The notes under the pieces: generated by a model
What the model saw: the letters and a program-made list of their open reading frames with translations, nothing else
What the model was told of the DNA's origin: nothing
Databases searched by the model: none
Assembly: GCF_009914755.1 (NCBI RefSeq)
Contig: NC_060947.1
Reading direction: 5' to 3' (one strand)
DNA from: the human T2T-CHM13v2.0 reference genome, Homo sapiens
DNA: 64,000 nt
Program-made: the position numbers and the translations under genes
Shown here: positions 29,111 to 41,699 of the stretch, piece by piece
Layout: each line of letters starts with the position of its first letter
Numbering within the stretch: the stretch's first letter is position 1

Positions 29111-30324
29111 CTGGCATATGGATTTAAAGACAAAAATATTAATTGCATCTCTATCATGACCAGGTAGAAAGCAAAATGTGAATGAGGTAGAGAATGATGC
29201 TCAAATGTCTTTATTGCTTCTTTTTCTGTTTCTTCCAGAAATTAGCCCTCACTTCCTAATATCCTAAGCCCTTTCCCCTTTTAGCATCTACTTGCACAGA
29301 CTATACCACCACAAATACAAAACAACCCAGCCAATTCCTGACCTCTCTCAGCACCCGCAAACCACTAACCTTGCTTTCACATAGCCATTTGCAGATTGCT
29401 TAACAAATAGCAAATCTTGCATTGATTATTTGGCATTCAACTATGAGCCTGGTGAGTCTAAGGAGAATAACTTGTTTTTAGTGAAATAAGCCTCATTTTG
29501 CAAAGAACTGGTCATTTTGCTGTAGCCAAGGTTATTTTTGCAGTAACCTTGACTCCTACGGGGGAAAAAAAAACATAAAATATAACTCATTAATTCCTGC
29601 TCTAAGATCTTGAGAAGTCTATTTCTTTTCCTTATCCAAAATATAAACTATTTTCTCTTTTAGTTCAAGCCTTTTACCTCTTTCAAAAATCCATCAAAAT
29701 GCATTGTTTTAAAGAAGCATTCCATATTAACCCATACCCATTCTGACCAGAATTCTTCCTCTCCTTTAAGGATCCAGATTTTATAAAGTTATTTTGCCTT
29801 CACTACATTTAGTTTTCAGGCTGGTCTCAAGTTGTTTTATTTCTGTATGTTGAATGTACTTAACCAGATGGTACACTGGCCCCTACTTAGATAAAGATCG
29901 CATACAGTAAAAATGGCATGGAACTTGATGTCTACATAAGAATCTGAAGTTCAATGTGCTGCTAACAAAACATAGGAACTTTTGCATCTTAATTTGCCCA
30001 TGTCTTAAATAACTAAATGTGTTCTCTAAAATATTCCAGGCTTTTTTCAATTTAAGAATTCTATTATTTTAGGATTTCTAACTCCTCTAACCTGATATAC
30101 TGCCACTAGGGCATCCAAGCTACTCTTCCTTTAATTCACGCTCTAGATTTTGATGAGATATTCAGATCGTCTTCCATTAACTATGACTGATAAAACGTTT
30201 TCTTCTGAAAATAGAAAAAAGTAAGTATCATTACTGAAAATATTGAGGTCTAAGATGTTAAGTATCTAATAGTTCTAAGTACTATGACATGCTTTCAGGC
30301 AACATCCAGAAAATAGCTTAAACA

Positions 30325-31130
30325 CCATTCATTCAATAAGCATTTACTGAGTACCTACATGGCCAAGCTCTGATCTACTGTATCACTGGACAAAACAAAG
30401 TACCTGACCTCAAAGAACTTATATTCTAATGAGGAAGGATGGAGGCAGCTATATTCAAATAAATTAAATCACTTGTTTTAGCTGATGATATTCAATGCTA
30501 CATAGAAAAAATTCACAGGGGCAGGAGAGTGGGATGCTGATTTGGAGGGGGTGCAGTTTTAAAAATAAGGTCAGGAAAGGCTTCACTGAAAAAATGAGAT
30601 TTGAGCAAAGACCTGAAGGAGATGAGAGAGTGAACCATGTGGATATCGGGAGGAAGAGTTTCCAGGCTGAGAAAACAGCATATGCAAAGGCCCTGACAAG
30701 TGTGCCTGATGTATTTGCGAAAAAGCAAGAATACCAATATAACTGGAGTGGAAAGATTAAGAGAGACACTAAGGAGGGGAGGTAAAAGAGGTTATGGGGG
30801 CTTGATCATGAAGATCATTTTAGGCCATGTAAGGACTTCAGGGTTTACTCTGAAATGAAAGTCATTAGTGTGTGTTCAACACTGGAAAGTCATGATCCAA
30901 CCAAGGTTTGACAAGCAGACTCTCTGGTTGTTGTTTTAAGAACAGTTGGAGCAGGAGAAAAGGTGAATGTAGGAATTATTTGAAGGCTATTTCAATAATC
31001 AAGAAAAGGGACAATAGTCATTTGCACCAGTATAGTAGAAGTGGAACTAAAGAGAAGTAGGTAAATTCTGGATATATTTTAAAGATAGAGCCAACAGGTT
31101 TTCTAAATGGGTTGGAATGTGAATTAGGGA
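30325..31130 (-). mobile_element. L2a 3' fragment
   Basis: cattcattcaataagcatttactgagtacctac...aggcttcactgaaaaaatgagatttgagcaaagacctgaagga...ctggatatattttaaagatagagccaacagg. Confidence 0.85.
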
Positions 31131-31214
31131 CCTCATATTCATTAATGTATCCGTAAAACACAGCAGGAGAGTAGTATTGGAATTATAGCTAGAATTATAG
31201 TAATACTAGAATAA

Positions 31215-31450
31215 GAATTATAGCTAACACATAGCACTTACTGCCAGCCAGGCATCATTCTAAGTGATTAAACTCATTTAATCCTTATAATAACTCTATG
31301 AGGTAGGTACTGTTTTTATACCAATTTATGGATAAGTAAACTGAAGCACAAAGAAGTAATCCACCTAAGGTGATACAGCTAATATATGGTAGAGCTGGAA
31401 TTTAAATCCAAGTGGTCTGACTTCAGAATCCATGTTGTTAAACTCTATGA
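31215..31450 (-). mobile_element. MIR
   Basis: ctcatttaatccttataataactctatgaggtaggtact...aaactgaagcacaaagaagt. Confidence 0.8.
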
Positions 31451-31985
31451 TATGTTTATTATTGTTCACACTTCACTACTTATACAGGCACACATGAGGA
31501 TGGAAATAATTTACTATTGCCCACTATTTTATTAAAATATTTTCAATTGGAAGCTCAACTTTTTATTGCCATTGTCATGAGTTTCATTGACCTCTTACTA
31601 ATGCATTTTTCAGGGTGCAAGATCAAGTGTTATCAGTACAACCAGCCAGGGCAAGCCTAATGGCATGTTGAATAAATAATGCCCTTTGGAAACATCAGAA
31701 TTGTTCCAATGTATATTTAGAGAAAGCAATGAAACACAACTAACTATTCTGGAAGAAACATTACTACTTCATGTAGGAGACTTACCTCACATCCTATAGG
31801 AAATCTCTAAGGATTCTTTAAATGTATCAACCCTCTAGACAACTTGCTGTGGGTAACTTACTGCACCCATTCTACAACTAGTAAGCTGAATTTTCTAGAG
31901 TTAACTGGCTTGTCCATAGCTAGGAATTAAATAGAGGAGACCCATCTCCCAAAGAAATCTTGAATGAATATCTAAGAAACCACGT

Positions 31986-32266
31986 GGCCGGGTGCGGTGG
32001 CTCACACCTGTAATCCCAGCACTTTGGGAGACCAAAGCAGGCAGATCACAAGGTCAGGAGATCGAGACCATCCTGGCTAATACAGTGAAACCCCGTCTCT
32101 ACTAAAAAATTAGCTGGGCGTGGTGGCGGGTGCCTGTAATCCCAGCTACTCAGGAGGCTGAGGCAGGGGAATTGCTTGAACCCGGGAGGTGGAGGTTGCA
32201 GTGAGCTGAGATTGAGCCACTGTGCCACTGCACTCCAGCCTGGGTGACAGAGTGAGACTCTGACTC

Positions 32267-32295
<29 letters not shown>
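31986..32295 (+). mobile_element. Alu (AluSc8/Y-intermediate type)
   Basis: Y-type left arm (ccatcctggctaatacagtg) with S-type right arm (ttgcttgaacc, ggaggttgcag); shortened linker; (TAAA)n tail; TSD aaccac(g/a)t. Confidence 0.9.
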
Positions 32296-32297
<2 letters not shown>

Positions 32298-32354
32298 CCA
32301 CATGTACAAAAACAAAAGAAGGTATGACTTATCACCCTGTATGACACTCCTCCC

Positions 32355-33110
32355 ATTAAGCTCAATATGAGTCAGCATTGATCATGGGCTACCAAGAAAA
32401 GCTAATGCAATCTAAAATATGGTATTAAATGTATGGTATTTAAGGAAGATAATAAAGCTGGTTCATTATCCTCTGGTCAAACTATACTTGAGGTATTGTA
32501 TTGACTTCTGGCCACCACTCCTTTATAAGGATGTGCACCAACTGGGAAAGTGTTCGGAAGAGGGGGATCAGGACAGAAGCAATTGAGATCTTGCCAGATA
32601 ATCATAATGGTAATAATTACTACTTATTAAGCACTTATCATGTAATATGCTTAATGCTTTACATGTATAAGCTCACTTAGTACTCACAAAAAGAGCATGG
32701 CTACTCTCTGAGGCTCAGAGGTATTCAGTAACATGTCTAAGTTCAAACAGTAAATAAGAGGTGGTGCCAAAATTTGGACCAATGTCTTGACGATTCTACT
32801 GTACTATGTTGGACTTTTAAGAGAGAAAAGATCATTTATCACATGCCAACACTTTACACAGATTATCTCGTTGAATCCTCATAACAGCTGTATAAGGTAT
32901 CATTTTTACAATCTATATTTCACAGGTAAGAAAACAGAAACTTGCAGTGGTTTGGAACCTAACCAAGGACACACAGCTAGCAAGTGGCATAAACAAAATA
33001 TGACATAAAGAATGGCTGGAGACACTAGAGATGTTTATCCAGAAGAAGGAAATTCTAGAATATTATTTGAAGATGTAAGTTTGAAGGAAACAAGTTCGAA
33101 CTATTTGTAC
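32355..33110 (+). mobile_element. L3/CR1 LINE relic interrupted by two MIRs (about 32605-32810 and 32830-33005, minus strand)
   Basis: aagctcaatatgagtcagca...aaagctaatgcaatct...ctggtcaaactatacttgaggtattgt...ttctggccacc, resuming at aagaatggctggagacactagagatgttta. Confidence 0.7.
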
Positions 33111-33459
33111 CTTCCGACGTTGAAATTATAAGATCAACCTATTATGCTCTGTACATTATTCATTTCCTTTACCACATATGCATACATGTATTGATTTAAC
33201 AAATTATGTTGCACTACTGCATGCAATAAACTGTGCCATGTACTGAACATGTGGGTGTAAACAAAACAGATAAGGTACCTGCCCTTAGGAAACTTAGATT
33301 ATTATTCTGCCTTCTCTTACTTCACCTTCTGCCATCCTATATTTTTCACCCCCTTCAAAACTCAAACTCACCTCAAAAGTCACTTTTCCCTACCCCAGGA
33401 ATCTTCAGTGATAGATTCACTGCTCTTCCGCCCCTGCCCCCTATAACCCCACCCTCACA

Positions 33460-33460
<1 letters not shown>

Positions 33461-33492
<32 letters not shown>
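33461..33492. repeat. (CA)16 microsatellite within L2 fragments (about 33150-33670)
   Basis: CA run flanked by L2-like sequence. Confidence 0.9.
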
Positions 33493-33494
<2 letters not shown>

Positions 33495-33989
33495 GCTTGC
33501 ATTCCTTTATCTTTCTTGTATTCTATTACTTTGCTCTTATTGTTATTGGTAATGATATATTTCCCCTCATTCATTCCTTTGCTCAATTGTTCACTAATTA
33601 TCAAGCACCTAGTATGTGCCAGGTGGTGTCCTGAGGACTAAAGATGCGATGGTGGTCAAGAATGACATTACAGTATTATTTTGCCTTCTCAGATTTATTG
33701 TAAACTTACTTTTATCTTTTTGACCTACCTTCCCCACTCCTTATCTAGCTAGCTGCTTCTGATGCTTTTGTGTGGAACACCTTAGGGCCTCTCAAAGCTC
33801 AGTTTGAAACCTACTGAAGATGGTAAATCTTTCATCTAGTACAGGAATCACATGTACTATATCCTGGAAAGTTGGCCATCCTGGTTTTTAACTAGGATAT
33901 GTACAGTAAAGGTGAACTTACTGATTCTTACAATCATCTGTTGTAATGTCATACAGTCATTTTTTTTAGATTAAATTGAACTCTATTTC

Positions 33990-34230
33990 ATTCTGGTTTT
34001 CATTCATTAGTTCTAGTTCTGTCCAACTCAGATATAAAAGTAAGTTACATCTTTCTATCAGCATCCTTTTAAATATTTGAAGACATCTATTATATCTTCC
34101 TTTTGTCTCCTTTTCTTGAGGTTAAATATTCACATTCCCTCAATTAAAATGTTTTTTTTTAAAAAAAAAACTGTTAAATGTCCTTATTAGCCCTCTCTAG
34201 ACACTTTCAACTTTAGCAATATCTCTCAAC
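33990..34230 (-). mobile_element. L3/CR1 relic
   Basis: cattagttctagttctg...aaatatttgaagacatctattatatcttcc...ttttcttgaggttaaata. Confidence 0.55.
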
Positions 34231-34757
34231 ATATAGTTTATTTTGTTGTATTTGTCCATTTAAAGAAAAGAGAATATCTACCGAAGTAATTCTTTCCCTC
34301 AGGACTTTGTGACCCATATCCTGATGGGAAGAAATATACACTTAAACATTCTATGTCTTTCAACTTAGTGCTGATTATAAATTTGAAATGTTTGCCAAGA
34401 AGTCTTCCGAGGGTTGTGAGGTAAGAGCTAGAGGCCAGGGGAGCAAATAGTTTTATAGTATGAACCTAAAATGGGATTCTGACATTCACTTTGTCATGCC
34501 TGGGGAACTGGTGGAGTAGACCTACTTACTTGAGGGTCTGAGAAACCGTCTAGGAGATAATTTTTCCTAAGCTAAGGAGTAACCAGACACAACAAACTTA
34601 AATTGAAAACAAAGAATGGATGAATCTAAGTACAAAGGATTTGTGTCCTTCCCCAGTCCATATTGAATTCACATTTGAGGCTTACAGAGAACATGTAAAA
34701 ACTAAAATGTTTTGGTAAGATCGCTGTAAGATCCTGGGCATAAGCATCAATATGTGG

Positions 34758-34799
34758 ATATACCTCTAATACAGGGGAATATACCTCTAATACAGGGGA
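34758..34799. repeat. Perfect 21-bp tandem duplication
   Basis: atatacctctaatacagggga x2. Confidence 0.95.
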
Positions 34800-35212
34800 A
34801 TACAAAGGGGACAGGAAGAATCTGTTCCTACTTGCCAATGAAAAGCAGTGTAGATTTGACATTTTGAGGGCTCTGGTTTATCAGTTTTTGCAGAAGACAG
34901 TGGTGCCTGGCAGATAAGGCCATACCTGGTAGATGTCCAGTGGAAGAGATGGTACTTGATGGGCAAGAGGATACATACTGCATATTTATTGATAATGGGT
35001 GGCAAGTAGTAATTAGCAATGGCAAACTAATTCAAGAATAAACATTAAAAACCCCTGAGAACTCCCAACAATAACTTAGATGTGACTTTGGAGGGGATAT
35101 GTAGATCCTAGGTCAGCAATTAGGGAAGAATTAGTTAAATGTGTTGCTATTTTTAATGTGACTCAAATTGTACCCATAAGCTATGGTTCTAAGTCAAAAT
35201 GTCCCTAGAGAA

Positions 35213-35390
35213 CAGTGCTTCCTAATGAAGGTATATTAGTATCATCCATCCCGTACCTTTTTTTTCATAACACCAAGCCCAAGGACCACCCCCAAGTGTT
35301 CTTATTTAATAGGACCAAGATAGGGCCTAGCAATCTGTATTCTGAAAATGCTTCTTCTGCGGTTGCATTACATAGCTCAAAAAACCAGTG
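35213..35390. mobile_element. MER5-like MITE
   Basis: cagtgcttcctaa...gatagggcctagcaatctgtatt...aaaccagtg. Confidence 0.5.
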
Positions 35391-35398
35391 TTATAGAC

Positions 35399-35610
35399 CA
35401 GATGTCATCAACCTTTTTCTGTAAAGGGCCAGATAGTAAATATTTTTGGCTCTGTGAGCCACAATCTCCATTCCAACCACTCAATTACGCTCTTATAGTG
35501 TGAAAGCAGCTATAGATGGTAAATATAAACAAATGAGCACACTGTGTTCAATATAACTGTACCAAACAAGGCAACCAGACCATGTGCCATAGATAGCGTG
35601 CTTACTTCTG
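35399..35610 (+). mobile_element. MER58A hAT MITE
   Basis: tttttctgtaaagggccagatagtaaatattt...gtgtgaaagcagctataga; 8-bp TSD ttatagac/atatagat. Confidence 0.85.
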
Positions 35611-37639
35611 ATATAGATGATCAATGATTAAGTTAATGGCAGATCCCCTATGTCAAGTTGGCCCATACTACTTAGATACAATAGACAACGAGAAGCTATT
35701 TATCCTAAGTGTTAAGCAGAGAGAAGTGACACCCTGAGATAGTCTGAATGGATATTATTGCTATTCATTCCTGCTCATTAGTCAGAAGGAAAAGATACAA
35801 ATATTCCCAGAAGTTTAAATCTGAGCTTCCTTACCACATTCCAAACTTGAAACTTGAGGAAGATAGCCTAGGGACCAATAAACTGGAGTTAGAATAGACA
35901 GTTTTCCAATCTAGGAGGCAGGTGGATAATGCAAACTGGTTCAAGAAGAGTTTCAGTAATTCAGAGCGTCAGCTCTCAGATGGGTTATAAAGGGAAACAG
36001 GTTGTTTAGGAGGTCCTTAAACCTTGTGGATGATGTCAGGAAGGACAAGCAGGTCTACCTGCAAAATATCCTTTGGTTTTGGGTCCCAGTTTTTGTAATT
36101 TTAGACTGGTTGAAACCCAAGTGAGAATTTTTATGTTCTTATACAAGAATACTGATTGGATTGAAAAGCTTCACTGCTCATAGTCTGGCTAAATTTTCAG
36201 TTCTGGAACAATGTGAAAATCTTCTGAGGCCCATTTCAGCTTTAAAATTCAATGGTTCCATTATTCATTCTCTTTTCACATTCATTTTAAGGGATTTCTT
36301 ATATCAATAGTAAGCCATCAGGCTGAAACACAATCAGGAAGCACAACTGAGAAAATGGCTCTCTGCACACTCCTCTTTCTTAGGAAGGAAGTGCCAGGCA
36401 GTTGGCTAAGCCTTCACAGGGCTACTCTGTTGCTTTTTCCCTTCCATCTAAAGCACTTGAGGAATGTAAGGGATTATATAAAGTCAGGATCCAAAATCAT
36501 TATTAAATCAATAACTAAAGTCCATATCAGAGGCAACTTGGTCAGGAGCTACTCAACTCCAGGGAAGACACCTTCCTTTGGACATCAAAATTTGTCCTCT
36601 TCCTAATTGAATTAATCACAAATGCATCATTTTTTACTATAGCCTACCCATTTAGGCTGTGTAAATAACTGTCATTGGAGGGGGAAGGGTTACAGGAAGC
36701 ACTTTAATGGCTTTCTTAAAAAGGAAACTTTGTTTGAGGAGTAATTGTGGCATTTTTTCGCTTCCCAGCTATTACTTTTCTGCATTTAAATCTTAATGTC
36801 TCATCTGGATGAGCACCTTATCACTAGCCAACAGGGAAATGTGATGTTTGTATTTGTATTTGCATTTATATGGCATTTTCATACAGTGTATCTCACACTG
36901 CTGACAGAGCAATGAATCGTAGGCCTATAGCACCCTCTCTACATGCATCATGGGAACAGCCATCTTCCACATGCTCTACAGCAGCAAACTAATTAATCTT
37001 TCTTAATTTTTATTTATAAGGAAGATGCTTTGGCAAGGGAAGCATGGAATAGTGTGTGTGTCTGCCTGTCTGTTTCTCCCAACTTTCAGGAGGCACTAAG
37101 AGGACATCACACAAGTAGCCGTGTGTCCTCAGAATCTATCCTTTGCTGACACCGTTACTGGTAGAATCCTAGGCTGGATGGGTCGTTGCAGCTTTTGTGT
37201 TACTTAAAATGTTTGCCTTTTATAAACTTGTAGCAGAGGAGAGGCAAGCACATAGATCTGGCACACAATTGCTACAGAATCACCCAGGGAATTAAGATTG
37301 GATATCACATCGGTCCGCCTTCAGAAACAGTTCTCATTCAATAGATATTCATGCTCTTTTTAAAAATCATGTTCAAGGTTCTATGTCATTAGCAAGACAC
37401 TACTGGTGATGGAAACTACTGTGGAGTTAGCTCTATGGAAAGCTGAGTCTGTTTAGGAGCTTTGAAGTGGGCATTAATAACTCATTGCTCAACACAGAGG
37501 TGCCTACAACATGAGATCAATTTCTCTTAACTCGGAGAGCACCACTCTTTTACAAACTATTCCAAGGGCCCTGTCAGAGGCCTGCTGGAAAATCCACTGA
37601 GCTGGATTGTCCAAGCTGAATTGTTCAGGCAAAATTTTT

Positions 37640-37735
37640 CCCCAGCTTTATTGGAGTACAGTAAATTTTTATTGACAAATATAAATTGTATATATTCAAG
37701 GTATTCAATGTCATGTTTTGATATATGTTTTGATG
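37640..37735 (-). mobile_element. Short L1M(A/B) 3' end
   Basis: ttgacaaatataaattgtatatattcaaggtattcaatgtcatgttttgatatatg. Confidence 0.65.
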
Positions 37736-39119
37736 TAACATTCACCACATTCTTATATAAAGCTAAATGGTCAGCAACCCCCAAACACAAGAAGTAAGTA
37801 CATACATAAGCTACAACCCTCACAATGTTAAGAGTCTCTCCTTAGTTTCATGGAGGATGTGGCCCAGGAATTCTTTTGAGTTGCCAGTAAGATACAGCCT
37901 TACAGTGATTAAGGAACAACTGATCTCCATCTTTATGGCAGGTCCCATAGATTTCCTCTATCCAGAAAGCACATAATGTTACAGTGTTTAGTAAAATAAA
38001 TAATTAGTTACACATGAGGTATACATCATGCCTACTCCTAACCTCCCCTACTCCCTCCATTGCCTTGTTGCAGATGACCTGCCTAGAGGCTCTATTATGG
38101 TTGCTTGAGTGAAACATGGCCCAGGTATAAGTCCTGCAGTGTGAGGCCAAGAAACATATCTGGCGGGGTACATTTGTAACTCTCAGGCCCAGTGCAAAGA
38201 TTATAAAATGATCTCCAGAGCCTGTGGATGTCATTTAAATCAGGGTCCATGATAGGAAAACAAATGGTTGAATGAGATAATAGGGGCTTGTGTGATATTC
38301 TGAATTCCTCAGTCTTTACTTTTAGCCAATTAAAATTAATTCCTTCAGCCTCACAGCCTGGAAATCCCAAGTTCCCAGACATGTCAAGTTGTGGTTCAAT
38401 TTTGAGACACAGGCAATTCCTCAAGAAACTCCAGCCTGACACAATCAAATAAGCTTTGTCAAAGTCCACCTAATCAAAAACCCCACACTTAATCACATCA
38501 GCTTCTTCAGCTCAAACTAGACAGACTCCCATCAGGGTATGGGAGCTCTCAGTCAATGCTGCCTGTTATTCAAATAATCTGAGCTGCAGCACTCCAGAAC
38601 TGCATCCCAGTTACGGGAAATCAGCTGCAGCTAATTAAAAGCAGTTTATTGTCTCCCACACTCTAGTCCCAGCCCGTCTTCATAACCAGGTACAGCTTGT
38701 AGTGCTTCTCCAATCACAGCACTGCATCAGGGACCTGGGCCAGGCAATTAATGAGATTGTGAAATGCAGAAAGCCAGTGAGTAAAAGCAAAGGTAAAGTT
38801 TGTGGCAGAGGAAGGGAGTCCACAGAAAGGTATAGCACTCTGAGGGAACCTGGTAAAACAGCCTCCAGATTCACACACTAGTTAGCACATTGGCAGACTG
38901 TGCTTCAACAGCCCAGTGCTTCCTGTTTCCAACATCAGTGACTTCCTCAAAACATTAGGCTTAGGGAGACTAGGCCTTTGTCCATAGCAGTATTATGTTA
39001 GATAGTGGCCTGTTAGCATTCCAATTCAAATTGACAGCTCAGGAGTCTTTTACCATAGCTTATTAAAATGTAGAGAAAAAGACGTTTTGGTCATGTATTC
39101 AATGTCAACTGGGCCAGAC

Positions 39120-39325
39120 ACAGTGGCATAACAGTTTTTGTGTAATGAGGTCTGGAGCTAAGCAAGCTCTCAATTCCTGTCTCCACCATTTACTAGCTGT
39201 GTGGTCTTGAGCACTTCCTATGCATCTCTGAGCCTGTTTCTTTATGTGTAAAATAAGGATAATGATAGAAAATAATGCATGTAACTATCATTAAATTGTA
39301 AATGCTGCATACATTTTAGGTAGAT
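39120..39325 (+). mobile_element. MIR
   Basis: ctccaccatttactagctgtgtggtcttgagca...tctctgagcctgtttctttatgtgtaaaataaggataat. Confidence 0.8.
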
Positions 39326-39332
39326 AGATAAT

Positions 39333-39407
39333 GAGGAAGGGAAGGGAAGAAAAGGGAAGGGAAGTGGGAAAAAGGAAGGAAGGAAAGAAGGAAGGAAGGA
39401 AGGAAGG
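39333..39407. repeat. (GGAA/GGGAA)n polypurine tract
   Basis: About 75 nt, almost purely purine. Confidence 0.9.
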
Positions 39408-39518
39408 TACGCCGGCCCAGTACAGTGCTTGGAACATAGAATTCATTCAACAAATGCTGGTTTTCCTCCTCTATTCTATCAACAAACCACCCCCAGGCAG
39501 AATCTAATAGAAAGAGGG

Positions 39519-39915
39519 TGTATTAGTCCCTCTACTGGTACCAAGTTACTGTATTAGTCCATTTTCACACTGCTGATAAAGACATACCTGAGACTGGGTA
39601 ATTTATAAAAGAAAGAGGTTTATTAGACTTACAGTTCCACATAGCTGAGAAGGCCTCACAATCATGGTGGAAGACAAGGAGGAGCAACTCACTTATTATG
39701 TGGATGGCAGCAGGCAACAAAAGAGCTCGTGCAGGGAAACTCCCATTTTTAAAACCATCAGATCTCATGAGACCCATTCACTATTACGAGAACAGCACGA
39801 GAAAGACCCACCCACATGATTCAATCATCTCCCACATGGCCCCTCTCACAACATGTGGAAATTATGGGAGCTAGAAGATGAGGTTTTGGTGGGAATACAG
39901 AGCCAAACCATATCA
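39519..39915 (-). mobile_element. THE1 (THE1C-like) element: one full LTR (39550-39915), 20 bp of internal sequence and an 11-bp stub of the second LTR
   Basis: tgtattagtcc + ctctactggtaccaagttac + tgtattagtccattttcacactgctgataaagacatacctgag...ccaaaccatatca; TSD gaggg/ggggg. Confidence 0.88.
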
Positions 39916-40059
39916 GGGGGACTAGATAAGAACATGGATGGCTCACTACAAACTCATTTACTAGGAATATCACACAACGCTCAAATCCTGTTAATATGGG
40001 ATAAACTATGCCATTTCATTGAAAGAAGTACAAAACTGCTTGTGAATTCATAGTGTACA

Positions 40060-40450
40060 TTTTTCTTTTCTGTCTCCCCTAAAAATATTACACCATTGCA
40101 TGAAAGAAGGGGCTTGGTTTTGTTGACTACTATGTCTCCTTCCCTAGAACAGAGTGTAAAAGCCAAAAAATGCTAGATATGTTGAATGAATGATAAATCC
40201 AATTGCAGGTATGTCTTTCATTACACAAAATCTGTCTTCATGAAAACTGTTTGTAAATAATATGTTTTAAATATTCCTTAATTCTTAGGAGACTCCTTAT
40301 GGTGGAGCAATTCTTTTTACTTGTTTATTTAGCAAATACTCATTGGGTGCCTGTGATATGCCAGGCACTGTTCAAGGCATGGGAAATTAACAGTGAAAAA
40401 AGACATATGTATGCCCTACCCTTGTGGAGTTTAAAATATAGCGGGAAATT
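40060..40450. mobile_element. Two L2 3' ends (plus at ~40060-40195, minus at ~40315-40450)
   Basis: ...atgttgaatgaatga and tttatttagcaaatactcattgggtgcctgtgatatgccaggcactgt. Confidence 0.6.
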
Positions 40451-40804
40451 GACATGTTAAAAAATCCTTCTGAGCAGTATGAATGCCTATTTGGGATGTT
40501 TCAATCATTGTATAATATGTTTAGTTAGAGTAGAGTCTAGCTACACTAAAATAATCACAACCAATGATGGGCTTTTGACATTTGGGTCTGTGTTAACTAG
40601 TTCTGATGTATTCAGTGGGCTGAGGTTATTGAGGCTATAGGTACACCCTCCTATATTTCCCAAAGAGCCTGTCTGAATCTGAACACACACAAACTCTCAC
40701 TGCACATTTAAATTTCCCTGTTGCACTATTCACTTTCTATGTTTCCTTTAGATTCACAAGAAGATACAGTCCTCCTTTTCAAGGCACACAACTCCATTGG
40801 TGCC

Positions 40805-41670
40805 TGTATTTATTTCCTATCATTACTGCAACTATTTACTACGACTTAGTGGCTTAAGCAGTACTAAGTTATTATCTTATTGTTCTGGGGAAGTCCAACA
40901 CAGGGCTCACTGGTTTGAAATCAAGGTGTCAGCAGGGCTGTACTCCATTCTAAAGGCTTCAGGGAAAAATCTGTTTCCTTGTCTTTTCCAGTTCCTAGAA
41001 GCTATATGCATGCCTTGGCTCATGGCCCCCTTCCTCCATTTTCAAAGCCAGTGGAATAGCATCTTCAAATATCTCTCTGACTTTGACACTGCTTTTCTCA
41101 TCACATCTTCACCTCTCACTCTTTTACATCTCCTTGTGAACATACTGGGGTCACCCAGGTAGTCCAGGCTAATCTTATGTCATGGTCCTTAATTTAATCA
41201 CATCTGCAAAATCTTTTCTTCCAGGTTTCTTACTCCATTTGAGCTGCTATAACAAAATAGTATAAACTGGATAGCTTATAAACAACAGAAATTGATTTCT
41301 CACAGTTACGGAGGCTGGATAGTTCAAGATGGAGGTACCAATAAACTTGGTGTTGGTTGAGGGCCTGATTTTTTGTCCACAGGTGGTGCCTTCTTGCTGT
41401 GTCCTCACATGGCGAAAGGGGTGAATGAGCTTCCCTTGGGCCTGTATTTTAAGGGCACTAATGCTATTAATGAAGGCTCTGGTCTCATGATTTAATCACC
41501 TCCCAGAAGCTCCTACCTTTTAATACCATCACCTTGGTAGACAGAATTTCAGCATATGAATTTGGTGGGAACACAAACATTCAGACCATAGAACCAGATA
41601 AAGTAACATATTCACAGGTTCCAGGGACTAGGGTGTGGACATCTGAGGGGGTCATTATTCTGCCACCACA
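40805..41670 (-). mobile_element. MLT1D MaLR LTR, interrupted by MLT1A
   Basis: cttagtggcttaa...aaatcaaggtgtcagcagggctg...agcatcttcaaatatctctctgac...gtaacatattcacaggttccagggactagggtgtggacatct...accaca. Confidence 0.85.
41226..41593 (-). mobile_element. MLT1A/MLT1A0-type LTR nested in MLT1D
   Basis: ccatttgagctgctataacaaaata...aacaacagaaattgatttctcacagtt...acacaaacattcagaccatag; 5-bp TSD ccagg/ccaga. Confidence 0.85.
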
Positions 41671-41699
41671 GTACTTGTGGCCCCTTTTTATCTAATATG

